From Bacteroidota bacterium (lineage in GTDB: Bacteria > Bacteroidota > Bacteroidia > JAIBAJ01): DNA of 64,000 nt. The stretch covers positions 259 to 64,258 of the forward strand of contig CANJNG010000006.1 of assembly GCA_947475205.1 (NCBI GenBank). Direction: 5' to 3'. The notes beneath the pieces were generated by a model. That model was not told the origin of the DNA and did no database searches. It was given only the letters and a program-made list of their open reading frames with translations. A program made the translations under genes and the position numbers. Shown here in pieces: positions 39,491 to 50,898 of this stretch (the stretch's first letter is position 1; every line of letters begins with the position of its first letter).

Positions 39491-40204
39491 TCAGAAGTTT
39501 GGCTTTAAGCCATATTGCTTATAAAACTCTACAATACTACTCACTGCATCTTCGGGACTATCCACCAACTGTATTAAATCTAAATCTTTGGGCGAAACAT
39601 ATTTATGTTGCTCTAACAGTTGTTCTTTTGCCCAATCAAGTAAGCCTTTCCAGTATTTACTATCCACCAATATAATGGGAAAGCGGCCAATTTTTCCCGT
39701 TTGAATTAAGGTTATTGCTTCAAATAGTTCATCCAAGGTTCCAAAACCGCCGGGCAAAACAATGAACCCCTGGGCATATTTCATAAACATTACTTTACGA
39801 ACAAAGAAATAGTCAAACATCAGCATCTTGTCGTGGTCTATATATTTGTTGGCATACTGCTCAAACGGTAACTCAATATTTAATCCTACTGATTTCCCTT
39901 TACCTCGATTTGCTCCTTTATTGGCAGCCTCCATTATCCCGGGTCCACCACCTGTAATTACACCATAACCTTCCTGCGTTAAACGAAAGGCAATATCTTC
40001 GGCTAAAGCATAATGAGGGCTTTCAGGTTTGGTGCGAGCACTTCCAAAAATACTTACGCATGGGCCAATCTTTCCAAGTTTCTCAAAACCTTCAACAAAC
40101 TCGGCCATAATTTTGAAAATTTGCCAGGAATTGTTGGTTTTAATTTCTGCCCAGTCTTTATTTTCAAACGCTCTAGTTATTCTATCATCATCGGGTGTGG
40201 TCAT
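39491..40204 (-). CDS. LOG family (TIGR00730) nucleotide phosphoribohydrolase
   Basis: 'ITGGGPGIMEAAN', 'FFVRK', 'PGGFGTLDELFE'. Confidence 0.93.
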   Translation of the reverse strand: MTTPDDDRITRAFENKDWAEIKTNNSWQIFKIMAEFVEGFEKLGKIGPCVSIFGSARTKPESPHYALAEDIAFRLTQEGYGVITGGGPGIMEAANKGANRGKGKSVGLNIELPFEQYANKYIDHDKMLMFDYFFVRKVMFMKYAQGFIVLPGGFGTLDELFEAITLIQTGKIGRFPIILVDSKYWKGLLDWAKEQLLEQHKYVSPKDLDLIQLVDSPEDAVSSIVEFYKQYGLKPNF

Positions 40205-40306
40205 ATTTACATTTCTATTATAATTGGGCGAAAATATACATTTGGCTCAAAAGCCAATAGCATTTAGTTAAGGGTATATTTCACAGAAATTAAAAACAGC
40301 ATTAGG

Positions 40307-40771
40307 CTAAACGTCTTCGTAAAATTCAGCTACCAAGCCATCGTCCTGATAGTGTATCTCGATACAATAGCCGTCTTCAAATTCAAATAAAATGGCTTCG
40401 TTACTATATAGCCCGTTGCTCATTTTCTCGGTTTTTACGCTTTTTATTTGCTGTCCGATAGCCTGTTTCCAAAGGTTACCCGCATTCATCACTTTTGTGT
40501 AAAGCGTGATTACGCCTTTAAATTGTAGCAATAAATCCAACTTCATTTTCTCTACATCATCGCTTTGGTTGTTTACTGTTATGCCCACTGCATCTTCGGT
40601 TACGCCAAGTATTACAGCCTTTTCCCCCCTTGCTAAAATCTCTATTTTATCAATAAATGTAAAAGGAGCTGCTGCATTAGTTCTGTTGTGCCAAATATGA
40701 TATGTAATGCTTTCTAAGGTTTTACCCTCTAAGCTAAGTAAAGTTTTAAGTTCGTTGAAAAGTAGCGTCAT
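40307..40771 (-). CDS. Hypothetical protein
   Basis: 154-aa ORF filling the gap between genes; no motif recognised. Confidence 0.65.
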   Translation of the reverse strand: MTLLFNELKTLLSLEGKTLESITYHIWHNRTNAAAPFTFIDKIEILARGEKAVILGVTEDAVGITVNNQSDDVEKMKLDLLLQFKGVITLYTKVMNAGNLWKQAIGQQIKSVKTEKMSNGLYSNEAILFEFEDGYCIEIHYQDDGLVAEFYEDV

Positions 40772-40970
40772 AAACCGATAATGTTTTATCTAAAAAGTAA
40801 AGGTATATCAATACTTCCATCGTGTTTGGTTGAAATAAACAAATGTGGATTAGGGGATGCATTTCTTAATCTTTCCCCATTCTTGATTATTAACATTAGA
40901 TGCTTGATAATTACCAAGTATTAAATTATCCGCTGCCTTTTATTTCTTTCCTTTGAACTAAATTTCTGCA

Positions 40971-41426
40971 TTGAAAAAGCTGGCCTTCATCTTTCTGTTT
41001 CTTCCTGCTGTGGTGCTGTTTAGCACTTGCCGCAAAGCTGAAGAAAATAATTTTATGAAAGGAACTTGGCGGATTACCGATTGCAAAATGAATAAAGACA
41101 CCGCCGATGCTTTGCGGCTTTTCTTGCCGGGTTACACCGGAAATGGCAATTGTTGCGATTATGAGTTAGATTTTGCCGAAAACAAAACCGTAATTGCTAC
41201 CTATACTTTTCAAGATACGCTGGCATATACCAAAGAGGGCGAATGGGAATTAGTAAAGAAGGATGAAATGCATCTCTATCTGGACATGTTTATTAATGCT
41301 ACGTTTAAGCTAACCAAACTCGACGACGATAATTACACCTTTGCTTCCAACTCCGATTCAAATTATGTGGAAGCCTTAGATTCGATTGTAAAATTGACTC
41401 TAAAATTTAAAAGGAATACAAATTAA
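40971..41426 (+). CDS. Lipocalin-like lipoprotein
   Basis: Lipobox 'FSTC', 'GTWRI', 'EGEWEL'. Confidence 0.65.
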   Translation: MKKLAFIFLFLPAVVLFSTCRKAEENNFMKGTWRITDCKMNKDTADALRLFLPGYTGNGNCCDYELDFAENKTVIATYTFQDTLAYTKEGEWELVKKDEMHLYLDMFINATFKLTKLDDDNYTFASNSDSNYVEALDSIVKLTLKFKRNTN

Positions 41427-41605
41427 GTTTTGCTCTAAACATATTGCCTTAACAACAGGCAATTGCAGCTCAAACAATTTCCAGCAAGAATGTTCAATTT
41501 CTGTTGAAAAATTGCAAAATCCTCCCCTTTGATTTTAAGTTTGCTTTGTGTTCAGCCATTAATTTAGCCGAACATTTTTAGCCCAATTCGGCACAAACAC
41601 TCATT

Positions 41606-42943
41606 ATGGCGGTAAAACAAAAAGAGAAAAAAATATTTGTACTTGATACCTCAGTAATTATATACGACCACCTTGCAATTCTGCAATTTGCCGAACATGA
41701 TGTAGCCATACCCATCACGGTTTTAGAAGAATTAGATAACTTCAAAAAAGGAAACGATACTAAAAACTTTTCGGCTCGGGAGTTTATCCGCTTTATAGAT
41801 AGTGCATCGGATAAAGAAACGCTCGACCACTGGATTCCTTTGGCCGGAAAAGGCTTAGGGAAGTTTAAGGTGGTGATGCAAACTAAGAATCCGGGCTTAG
41901 ATGCCAATCAGATTTTTGGGGAACGCAAAGCCGACCACCAAATTCTGAATGCTGCTTTAACCTTAGTGAACGAATACCCCGACCGCAAGGTAGTATTGGT
42001 TACCAAGGATATAAACTTACGATTAAAAGCCAAATCGTTGCACCTCACCGCCGAAGATTTTGAAAGCGGTAAGGTGAAAGATGTGGATTCGCTGCACACA
42101 GGGCGAACCACTATTTCGGGGATTTCGGCAGAAACTATTGACAGAATATATCAGGATGGTTATTGCTCGCCTAAAGAAGTGGGACTGAAAGAACCGCAGA
42201 ACAATGGCTACTACATAATCAAGAACGGAAAAAGTTCGGTATTGACATACTACAACGCTACATCCGAAAACATTGAACGCGTTGAAAAAACATCGGCTTT
42301 TGGGATAAAACCCCTAAATGCCGAACAGGTTTTTGCTTTGCACGCTTTGTTAAATCCCGACATTAAACTCGTAACAATTCAGGGTGTGGCCGGAACAGGA
42401 AAAACGCTTTTGGCTTTGGCCGGAGCTTTGGAACAGAAGAAGGATTACCGCCAAATTTATCTTGCTCGTCCCATTGTTCCGCTAAGCAATAAAGACATAG
42501 GTTACCTGCCCGGCGATATTAAAAGCAAATTGAACCCCTATATGGAGCCGCTTTGGGATAACCTGAAGTTTATTCAAAGTCAGTTTCCCGAAAGTGATAA
42601 ATCCTATAAAAAAATACAAGAATTGGTGGATCAGGAAAAGCTGATGATTACGCCCTTAGCCTATATAAGGGGTCGAAGCCTTAGTAATATCTTTTTTATT
42701 GTGGACGAAGCCCAAAACCTTACACCCCACGAAGTGAAAACGATTATAACCCGTGCCGGAGAAGGAACTAAAATTGTGTTTACCGGAGATATTTTCCAAA
42801 TAGATACGCCTTATTTGGATACTCAAAGTAATGGCCTGAGTTATTTGATTGAAAAGGTGAGAAACCACCGCCTTTATGCCCATATTAGTTTAGAAAAGGG
42901 CGAACGAAGCGAGTTAGCTAATTTGGCTAATGAGTTGTTGTAG
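41606..42943 (+). CDS. PhoH family protein with N-terminal PIN domain (PhoH2/YlaK type)
   Basis: 'FVLDTSV', 'VLEELD', 'TKDINLR', Walker A 'GVAGTGKT', 'IRGRS', 'DEAQN'. Confidence 0.93.
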   Translation: MAVKQKEKKIFVLDTSVIIYDHLAILQFAEHDVAIPITVLEELDNFKKGNDTKNFSAREFIRFIDSASDKETLDHWIPLAGKGLGKFKVVMQTKNPGLDANQIFGERKADHQILNAALTLVNEYPDRKVVLVTKDINLRLKAKSLHLTAEDFESGKVKDVDSLHTGRTTISGISAETIDRIYQDGYCSPKEVGLKEPQNNGYYIIKNGKSSVLTYYNATSENIERVEKTSAFGIKPLNAEQVFALHALLNPDIKLVTIQGVAGTGKTLLALAGALEQKKDYRQIYLARPIVPLSNKDIGYLPGDIKSKLNPYMEPLWDNLKFIQSQFPESDKSYKKIQELVDQEKLMITPLAYIRGRSLSNIFFIVDEAQNLTPHEVKTIITRAGEGTKIVFTGDIFQIDTPYLDTQSNGLSYLIEKVRNHRLYAHISLEKGERSELANLANELL

Positions 42944-43107
42944 GCTTTCTTCATGATATTACAACAGACTATAGGTCTTGCACACTGGGGGAGCCTTTAG
43001 AAATAATACCCGAGGCTGAGAAGTTGGCAGAAAAAGGTGATATTTGTCTGGGATGATTTATTCCCTTTGATTAAAACTATTGGAGGAGTTTGGACAGTCC
43101 TCTCTTT

Positions 43108-45006
43108 CTAAATTTCACCCCCCTCATCAACAGGAATACTAAAACCAATTACAGTTCCGCTTAAAGAACTTGAAATAGCAAAATGACCACTGATTTCTTC
43201 AATTCGGGATTTCATGTTTCGCAGGCCATTTCCCTTTTTATTGCCAGTATCAAAGCCAAGCCCATTGTCGGAAATTTCAAAAGAAAGAACATGATTTTGA
43301 AAACTGGCAGAAATCCTAATGTTTTCAGCCTTACTATACTTAATGGCATTATTGGTAGCTTCTTTGCACACCAATACTACGTTTCGCCGGGTGCTATTGC
43401 TCAGTTTTATCAATGGATAATCTTCAGGGAAGGAAATTTCATAGGCTATTTCGGCATACTCTAAAAGCTCGTTTAACTCTTCCCGTATGTAAGGCAGAAC
43501 TTGCTCTAAGGTTTGAGTTTCGGGATTCATACTCCAAATTATGTCGCTCAGATTGTTGGCCAATTTTCGTCCGGCGTAAGCAATTTGGTCGAACTCATCC
43601 ACCAATTTATGCTTCCTTCCGGCAGAGTCGCTCATGAGAGTTATGAGCGTTAATCCCGCTCCGAAATCATCGTGAAGTTCCTTGCTTATTCGTCGGCGTT
43701 CGGCATCCTGTGTTTCAATAATCCGCTGATTTATTTGCTTTTGCTGCTCAAGATACGATATCAGCATGTTTTCTTTTTCCTGTTTGTAGATATAGAACTG
43801 CTTGGTTATTCCGGCTGTCATAAGCACCACTTCAATCAAAATCCCGCAAATCATAAACGCACCCGAAGAAATAGGGATATTTACAAAACCACTGTGCCGA
43901 GCGGTAATAATGGTGGTGAATGAAAGGGCCGTAATGACAGCAATGAAATAGTAAAACACCACCGAATTCTTCTTTATAGACACATAAAGCAGGTAACACG
44001 ACAGCAGGAAAACAGTCAAGAAATTCAGGGTAAAATGCACCGACATATAAGTGGACATAAAGCCGGGTTCGAGGCTGTTAATTCCCGGCAGAAAGGGAAG
44101 CAAGCCCAAGCCGAAAAAGAAAGTGGCAAGCCCTAGTAAGAACTTTCTGAAATTAGAACTGGACTCATAAGGTTTACAAAACTCTAAGCAAGTGAACATA
44201 AAAAAGCTTAGGCAAAAAACGCTTGTTGGTGGCCCCAGCTTTGTGGCATACACCGGGTAATTGGGCCACAAATATTGAAAGCCAAAACCCTCGGTAGCCC
44301 AGAGCCAAAATGTTACAGAAAATATATATAAACTGTAAAACACAAACAGGCGGTTGCGGGAATTAAAGAAGAAGAAAATCCCAAAACAAAAGCTTATAGC
44401 CAATACTCCGGTTGTGAGTCCAAGAAACAAATAGTTTTTTTCAATGGTTTGAAATTGTCCCTTTTCGCTCAATATGGAAATAGGTAATTGAAGCGTACTG
44501 CCTTTGTGCCGGATGTGCATATACACTACCGTTTCGACATTTGTGTTTAGCTGAAAAGGGATTGAAAACAGGTTATTATTCAATAACCGACTATCAAAGG
44601 GATAATAATCGCCGATGGTAGTAGTGAATAGCACAGAATCGTTTTCAAGAAAATAAACATCAGCCTCATTTATTCTTGGGTTTTCGAGATTGAGATAGAG
44701 TTTCTCGTGGCCTGGTGTTTGGTTTAAGATTGAAAGCCGAATCCAATAATTGTCTTTGGCTATTCCTAAATTCAAATTAGATAAGATGTTTGGAATAAAC
44801 GACCCTTTTGCGAAACTTTGCTTGGCTTTTTCGAGCGTAGTTACCGAATCGCCACAAGCAAGGTATTGAATATGCTCAAATCCTACGCTTATAGTATTTT
44901 CTCCGGCATAAACAAAGCTTTGAGCCTCAGCTTTAATTCCTATTCCCAGGAGGAGGAATAGCAACAGAAGGCGATTTACCCAAACGTCAATTTTGTATGT
45001 GGACAT
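43108..45006 (-). CDS. Sensor histidine kinase (7TMR-DISM extracellular and 7TM, HisKA_3, HATPase)
   Basis: 'ERRRISKELHDDFG', 'EATNNAIKYS', 'DNGLGF', 'GNGLRNM'; start moved to ATG 45006. Confidence 0.88.
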   Translation of the reverse strand: MSTYKIDVWVNRLLLLFLLLGIGIKAEAQSFVYAGENTISVGFEHIQYLACGDSVTTLEKAKQSFAKGSFIPNILSNLNLGIAKDNYWIRLSILNQTPGHEKLYLNLENPRINEADVYFLENDSVLFTTTIGDYYPFDSRLLNNNLFSIPFQLNTNVETVVYMHIRHKGSTLQLPISILSEKGQFQTIEKNYLFLGLTTGVLAISFCFGIFFFFNSRNRLFVFYSLYIFSVTFWLWATEGFGFQYLWPNYPVYATKLGPPTSVFCLSFFMFTCLEFCKPYESSSNFRKFLLGLATFFFGLGLLPFLPGINSLEPGFMSTYMSVHFTLNFLTVFLLSCYLLYVSIKKNSVVFYYFIAVITALSFTTIITARHSGFVNIPISSGAFMICGILIEVVLMTAGITKQFYIYKQEKENMLISYLEQQKQINQRIIETQDAERRRISKELHDDFGAGLTLITLMSDSAGRKHKLVDEFDQIAYAGRKLANNLSDIIWSMNPETQTLEQVLPYIREELNELLEYAEIAYEISFPEDYPLIKLSNSTRRNVVLVCKEATNNAIKYSKAENIRISASFQNHVLSFEISDNGLGFDTGNKKGNGLRNMKSRIEEISGHFAISSSLSGTVIGFSIPVDEGGEI

Positions 45007-45111
45007 ATATTTCCACAAAAATAGTAGAATTGGAGCGAGTTGGTTGTTTTGTTCTTGATGGTGAATTTTAAAACTAAGCCAAGAAATCATTAATAAACTC
45101 TCACCAAAATT

Positions 45112-45294
45112 TCAGTAGGGAAATGAAAATTCAATTGGAAAATTTACGATTTCGTGCTTTTCAATCAAAATGCTCAAAATTTCCAACTCATCGCCTTCCT
45201 GAGTTTCCTTTTTAGCATCAAAAAGCTCCTCTAATCTTTGCAGAGCTTGCTTATAGTCTGTTTCTGTTTTAATCGGTTTGATTTGCTTTTTCAT
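45112..45294 (-). pseudogene. Truncated HigA-type antitoxin (N-terminal half, no HTH)
   Basis: 'IKPIKTETDYKQALQRLEELFDA...GDELEILSILIEKHE' then stop after 60 aa; no toxin upstream. Confidence 0.7.
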
Positions 45295-45446
45295 TCTAAA
45301 ACTTTGGGTTAGCAAATGTAAGGGGAAATGAAAATAAATGTTCATGATTCCTTCAAAAAGCTCAACTCTTCTTTGAGTAGCAAATCCGACTGAATAGAAC
45401 CCCGAATCAAGATTTCCCCTTACTTTGCAATCCATTAGCCCTACTG

Positions 45447-47513
45447 TTGAACTTCTCCAACCACAAACTCCAAAAATCCTTTCCCATGGAAGGGAATTCG
45501 GAATCTAAGCCTTCATACACTGAAACGCCAATTTGCACACAAGCCGGAATAGCCTCCTTTCTTCGAGGCCCTTATGCCTCCATGTATTTGGTAAAACCTT
45601 GGACTATTCGGCAATATGCCGGATTCAGCACTGCCACAGAAAGTAATAATTTTTACCGAAAAAATTTGGCTGCCGGGCAAAAAGGACTTTCGGTTGCTTT
45701 CGATTTAGCCACCCACCGGGGCTATGACAGTGATCATCCCCGTGTAACAGGTGATGTAGGCAAAGCGGGGGTAGCTATTGATTCTGTTGAAGACATGAAA
45801 GTGCTCTTCGACCAAATTCCGCTCAACGAAATGTCGGTTTCGATGACAATGAATGGGGCAGTTTTGCCCATATTGGCCTTTTATATTGTTGCCGCCGAAG
45901 AGCAGGGTGTTTCACCCGATTTGCTTTCCGGCACCATTCAAAACGATATTCTGAAAGAGTTTATGGTTCGCAACACCTATATATATCCGCCCGAACCAAG
46001 TATGCGGATTATCAGCGACATATTCTCATATACTTCCCGCTTTATGCCCAAATTTAACAGCATAAGCATATCGGGTTATCATATTCACGAAGCAGGAGGC
46101 ACTGCCGAAATAGAGTTGGCTTACACTCTAGCCGATGGGTTAGAATATATCCGCACAGGATTGGCTTCGGGTTTAAAGATTGACGAATTTGCTCCACGCC
46201 TCTCCTTCTTTTGGGCTATAGGAATGAATCATTTTTTAGAGATTGCCAAACTCCGAGCCGGGCGGTTGCTTTGGGCCGAAATGGTAAAACAGTTTGAGCC
46301 TAAAAGCGAGAAATCGCTCCCTTTGCGAGCTCACTGCCAAACTTCGGGCTGGAGCCTCACCGAACAAGACCCATTTAATAACGTTGCCCGAACCTGCATC
46401 GAAGCATTAGCGGCGGCTTTCGGTGGCACACAATCTTTACACACCAATGCTTTAGACGAAGCCATTGCCCTGCCTACGGATTTCTCGGCACGCATTGCCC
46501 GAAACACCCAAATTTATTTGCAGGAAGAAACCTATATCACCAAAGCAATCGATCCTTGGGGCGGTTCGGTGTATGTTGAAAATCTCACCATTGAATTGGT
46601 TGAAAAAGCAAAGAAATTGATTGCCGAAGTGGAAGAATTGGGTGGAATGTCGAAAGCCATCGAAACCGGATTGCCCAAGATGCGGATTGAAGAAGCCGCT
46701 GCCCGTCGTCAGGCAAGAATTGACAGCGGTTTAGATGTTATAGTGGGTGTGAATCGGTATGGGATAGAAGAAAACAGTGAATCGAAATTGGAAGTGCGGG
46801 ATGTGGACAACAATGCGGTAAGAGAACAGCAGATTGCCGGATTACATAAACTAAAAGCTGAGCGAAATAGTGCCGAAGTAGCTTTAGCCTTAGAAGCCAT
46901 AACCGAATCGTGCAGAACCAAACAGGGAAACTTGCTGGAGTTAGCCATTGATGCCGCCCGAAAGCGTGCAACTTTGGGTGAAATTTCTTCGGCCTGCGAA
47001 AAAGTATTCTCCCGATATTCGGCCACCATACGAGCCATTTCCGGCGTATATTCAAACGAAATGCCTAAAAACGAATTTTTCATAGCTGCTCAAAGCCTTA
47101 GCGATAAGTTTGCTGTACTAAACGGTCGTCGTCCACGAATTCTTGTTGCCAAAATGGGACAAGATGGTCACGATAGAGGTGCAAAAGTGATTGCTACTTC
47201 CTTTGCCGATATTGGGTTTGATGTGGACATCGGTCCTTTGTTTCAAACTCCCGAAGAAGTTGCCCGCCAAGCTGCCGAAAACGATGTGCACATTCTTGGA
47301 GTATCGAGCCTTGCAGCAGGACACAAAACCCTCATTCCTCAGGTAATTTATGAACTCAGGAAATTAGGCCGGGGGGACATTTTGGTGGTAGCCGGAGGGG
47401 TGATTCCCAAGCAGGACTATGAATTCCTCAAATCTGCCGGAGTGTTAGGTGTCTTTGGACCGGGAACAAATATCTCACAAGCAGCCATTGAGATTTTGAA
47501 TTTGATGATGTAA
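45447..47513 (+). CDS. scpA: Methylmalonyl-CoA mutase (B12-dependent, large subunit)
   Basis: '[10 protein letters not shown]', '[10 protein letters not shown]', 'RIARNTQ', B12 motif 'GQDGHDRG'. Confidence 0.95.
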   Translation: MNFSNHKLQKSFPMEGNSESKPSYTETPICTQAGIASFLRGPYASMYLVKPWTIRQYAGFSTATESNNFYRKNLAAGQKGLSVAFDLATHRGYDSDHPRVTGDVGKAGVAIDSVEDMKVLFDQIPLNEMSVSMTMNGAVLPILAFYIVAAEEQGVSPDLLSGTIQNDILKEFMVRNTYIYPPEPSMRIISDIFSYTSRFMPKFNSISISGYHIHEAGGTAEIELAYTLADGLEYIRTGLASGLKIDEFAPRLSFFWAIGMNHFLEIAKLRAGRLLWAEMVKQFEPKSEKSLPLRAHCQTSGWSLTEQDPFNNVARTCIEALAAAFGGTQSLHTNALDEAIALPTDFSARIARNTQIYLQEETYITKAIDPWGGSVYVENLTIELVEKAKKLIAEVEELGGMSKAIETGLPKMRIEEAAARRQARIDSGLDVIVGVNRYGIEENSESKLEVRDVDNNAVREQQIAGLHKLKAERNSAEVALALEAITESCRTKQGNLLELAIDAARKRATLGEISSACEKVFSRYSATIRAISGVYSNEMPKNEFFIAAQSLSDKFAVLNGRRPRILVAKMGQDGHDRGAKVIATSFADIGFDVDIGPLFQTPEEVARQAAENDVHILGVSSLAAGHKTLIPQVIYELRKLGRGDILVVAGGVIPKQDYEFLKSAGVLGVFGPGTNISQAAIEILNLMM

Positions 47514-47675
47514 ACAAAATATCATCTTTGGATAAACTCTTATGAAGTGAGGCTTATAAACCTCAAAGCAATCATAAGTCTCTCACAAAACAATAAACCT
47601 ACTGTTCACAATTCATTTACTTTTGTGAAACGCATTTCGATTCACGAAAACCCCAACAGGAACTATCTTTTACGA

Positions 47676-48800
47676 TTGAGAACAATTATACTTTTAGATG
47701 CCCTTAGCCTGGGCGGAGCAGAAAAACAGGCACTGCTATTTGCTGCCTGGTTACAAAACGAGAAAAAATGCACCGTCGAAATCTGGCACTTTATGCCTGG
47801 CGATGGCTCTGCCCGAATAGTGTGCGACCGCTACAATCTCAAAACCCGCGAAATTGGATATTTCCGTGGTTTAGCTCGGTTGTTATGGCCAAAACAGATT
47901 TTAGAATATTCCAAACTATTCAAAGAATTTAAACCTGATGTGCTTTTAGGTTACACCAACCAACCCGATTTGCTATTGGGATTAATATGGAAATATACCG
48001 GGGCTAAATACTTTATCTGGGGACAGCAGGGCATTGAGGCGGGAGGATATAAATTTGATAAAAAATCAGATAAATTAGCTTTAGAAAGCACTCCACTTTT
48101 TGTATCCAATTCGCAAAACGGTGCCGACTTTCTTGTGAAGGAACTTAAAGTGCCTGCCACAAAAGTGAAAGTGATTTTGAACGGCCCCGAAAAGATTGAA
48201 CCTCTTTTTAGCCCCGAACACTGGAACGAGAAACTGGGAATGAAATGCACCGATTTCAAAGCCCTGATGGTTGCCCATATTGCCTTGCGAAAAGACCATG
48301 ACACCCTACTTCGGGCTTGGAAAATTGTGAAAGAGCAGCTTGCCCCAAAAGGCATAAATCCGGTGTTGCTATTGGCTGGGATTTTAGGAAATACTACTCA
48401 GGATTTAATCAACCTGTCCATTGAACTCGGCATTTATGGAAATGTAAGATTTCTTGGCAACCAAAAAGATATTGCGGGTCTAAATCAAGCCTCCGACATT
48501 CATATCCTGAGTTCGGTAACCGAAGGGCTGCCCAATTCGCTTTTAGAAGCAATGGATTGGGGTTTGCCTATTGTGGGTACCAATATTCCGGGTATTCGTG
48601 AGGCTGTTGGCGAACAAAATTCAGAATGGCTTTCGCCGCCAAAAGATGCAGCAAAACTGGCCGAAAACATAATCCGTTTGGCCTTAGACAAAGAGCTTAG
48701 AAAAAGTGTTGGGGAACAAAATCGGCTAAGGATTAAAACCCACTTCCAATTAGACAAGATGTGTGAAGAACATTGGGAAATAATGCAAAAGTTTTGTTAG
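47676..48800 (+). CDS. GT4 (group 1) glycosyltransferase
   Basis: 'LGGAEKQ', 'RKDH', 'EGLPNSLLEAM'; start uncertain (TTG 47676). Confidence 0.88.
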   Translation: MRTIILLDALSLGGAEKQALLFAAWLQNEKKCTVEIWHFMPGDGSARIVCDRYNLKTREIGYFRGLARLLWPKQILEYSKLFKEFKPDVLLGYTNQPDLLLGLIWKYTGAKYFIWGQQGIEAGGYKFDKKSDKLALESTPLFVSNSQNGADFLVKELKVPATKVKVILNGPEKIEPLFSPEHWNEKLGMKCTDFKALMVAHIALRKDHDTLLRAWKIVKEQLAPKGINPVLLLAGILGNTTQDLINLSIELGIYGNVRFLGNQKDIAGLNQASDIHILSSVTEGLPNSLLEAMDWGLPIVGTNIPGIREAVGEQNSEWLSPPKDAAKLAENIIRLALDKELRKSVGEQNRLRIKTHFQLDKMCEEHWEIMQKFC

Positions 48801-50011
48801 GGATTGCCAAAAATATCCTTCAACGCCTTCACTTATACTCCATCGTAACAAGGCTCTACGACTGGACAAACATTAAATTGCTTATTGCCCGGAATATTGT
48901 CCGGGTTCTGACCACAGCAAACAAAGAAGGAGTTTTTGTTTTCATTCCCTATTACCACACGGGTGGTGCCGAAAAGGTGCATTTGGAAATTGTAAATGCA
49001 ATAAAAGACAAACACCCTTGGGTGATATTCACCCTTCCCTCTTCCGACAATTGTTTTAAGAACAGTTTTAGCGAAATGGCTACCTGCTTTGAGCTTTATC
49101 CCTTAATAAAGCATAAGCATTGGCTGGGAAATGTTTTTCTGCAAGCCTTGATTTTTAAGATAAACCAATCTCCCAAGGCCCTTGCTTTTGGGGGAAATTG
49201 CATGTATTTCTACAGCATTATTCCAAAACTTAGGCCGACCGTAAAGTGCATTGACCTCATTCATGCCTTTGTCCATAAAGGTGAAATAGGAGTGGAGTAT
49301 GAAAGTCTTCCCTTGGCAAACAGGATAAACCAGCGGATAACAATAAACGAAAAAACAAAAGCCAATCTTGCGTTGCAGTATCAGGAAAGCAATCTTTCGC
49401 CTCAATTAAACGAGCGGGTTATTACGATTACCAATAAAGTAAATGTCCCTGCAAAGCCTACACCGAAAAGCAGTATCAAAAAGCCGAACATTGTTTTTGT
49501 GTCACGCAACAGCCCGGAAAAGCGGATTCATTTGGCCGGGAAGTTATCCAGCCTTTGTTGGGCTGAATGGGCCGTAAAGATTAACTTTATCGGTGGAGGA
49601 TTATCCGATGCCGTGCTGGAAGAGGATAAACCTAATTGCACGTTTTTAGGGAACATTACCGATGAGGTGCGATTATCGGAACTATACAGCAATGCCCATA
49701 TCCTTATTCTTACCTCTGATAGGGAAGGAATGCCTTTGGTGATAATGGAAGCAATGGCTCACAATGTAGTGTGCCTAAGCACCAATGTTGGTGGGATTGC
49801 TGAACACCTGAAAGAGGACTACAATGGCTATTTGATTGAAAATGCAAGTGAAGAGCAGATTGTAAAAGAACTATTCTCTAATTTGAGCCTCCTGCATTCC
49901 AATCCCGAAAAATACCAATACCTTAGCACAAACAGTTTTGAATACGCCCGGCAGCATTTTACTGCTGAACGATTTAACAGGGAATGGAAACATGTTTTTG
50001 AAAACGATTAA
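48773..50011 (+). CDS. GT4 glycosyltransferase
   Basis: 'GGAEKVH', 'EKR', 'EGMPLVIMEAMA'. Confidence 0.88.
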   Translation: MGNNAKVLLGIAKNILQRLHLYSIVTRLYDWTNIKLLIARNIVRVLTTANKEGVFVFIPYYHTGGAEKVHLEIVNAIKDKHPWVIFTLPSSDNCFKNSFSEMATCFELYPLIKHKHWLGNVFLQALIFKINQSPKALAFGGNCMYFYSIIPKLRPTVKCIDLIHAFVHKGEIGVEYESLPLANRINQRITINEKTKANLALQYQESNLSPQLNERVITITNKVNVPAKPTPKSSIKKPNIVFVSRNSPEKRIHLAGKLSSLCWAEWAVKINFIGGGLSDAVLEEDKPNCTFLGNITDEVRLSELYSNAHILILTSDREGMPLVIMEAMAHNVVCLSTNVGGIAEHLKEDYNGYLIENASEEQIVKELFSNLSLLHSNPEKYQYLSTNSFEYARQHFTAERFNREWKHVFEND

Positions 50012-50014
50012 GCA

Positions 50015-50827
50015 ATGAATATAAACGAACTTCCCATAGTTTCTGTGATAATCCCCTGCTTTAATCATGGTAAATATATTGATGAGGCCATTGATTCGGT
50101 TTTTAATCAGGAGTATTCCAATACTGAAATTATTGTGATTGACGATTGCTCAACCGACGAGGCAACGAGAACAAAACTAAAAAACTACAACCGTCCGGGG
50201 GTGAAAGTGATTTGCTTAGAAACGAATTCAGGCCCTAGCGTTGCCCGAAATATTGGCATAGCCCAAAGTAAAGGAAAGTACATTCTTCCGCTCGACGGGG
50301 ACGATATGCTTGGAGAAAACTTTTTGAGCGAAGCCGTTGCTATTTTGGAAAACTCCGGTTCAGTGTCGGTGGTGTATGGCAACGGACAACAGTTTGGATC
50401 CTCAAATGACTTTCTAGACGTCCCCAAATTTGACCAATTTAACTTCGTAACCTACAATGTGCTTTTTGTTACGGCGGTAATCAGAAAAGCCAGCATTCTT
50501 GGGGTTGGAGGATATGATGAATACCTTAGTAAATTGGGTCTTGAAGATTGGGACTTATGGATTGGCTTTGGAGAAAAGAAATTTGAGTTTCGGAAAATTG
50601 AGATCGTGCTACTTAAAATCCGCATCCTTGATTCCTCCCGCACCTTTCAGGTAGCCAATAAAAACCTAGACACCCTTATTGCTTATATCCGGCAAAAACA
50701 CGCTAATTTTATTATCGAAACCCTGCTGAAATACAAAATGGACTATACCAATGTTCTGAAATCGAGAGAATATACTTTGGGAAACAAGTTGTTGAAGCCT
50801 TTGCGTTGGTTAATGGGGAAGGTTTAA
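50015..50827 (+). CDS. GT2 glycosyltransferase
   Basis: 'VSVIIPCFN', 'IDDCSTD', 'ARNIGI', 'LDGDD', 'EDWDLW'. Confidence 0.92.
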   Translation: MNINELPIVSVIIPCFNHGKYIDEAIDSVFNQEYSNTEIIVIDDCSTDEATRTKLKNYNRPGVKVICLETNSGPSVARNIGIAQSKGKYILPLDGDDMLGENFLSEAVAILENSGSVSVVYGNGQQFGSSNDFLDVPKFDQFNFVTYNVLFVTAVIRKASILGVGGYDEYLSKLGLEDWDLWIGFGEKKFEFRKIEIVLLKIRILDSSRTFQVANKNLDTLIAYIRQKHANFIIETLLKYKMDYTNVLKSREYTLGNKLLKPLRWLMGKV

Positions 50828-50898
50828 ACAGCGATTGCTACTTTAGGGTCTGCTGAGGTTTTGCTAAGAGCAAAACTCAATGGGAATCTTGATTTGCA

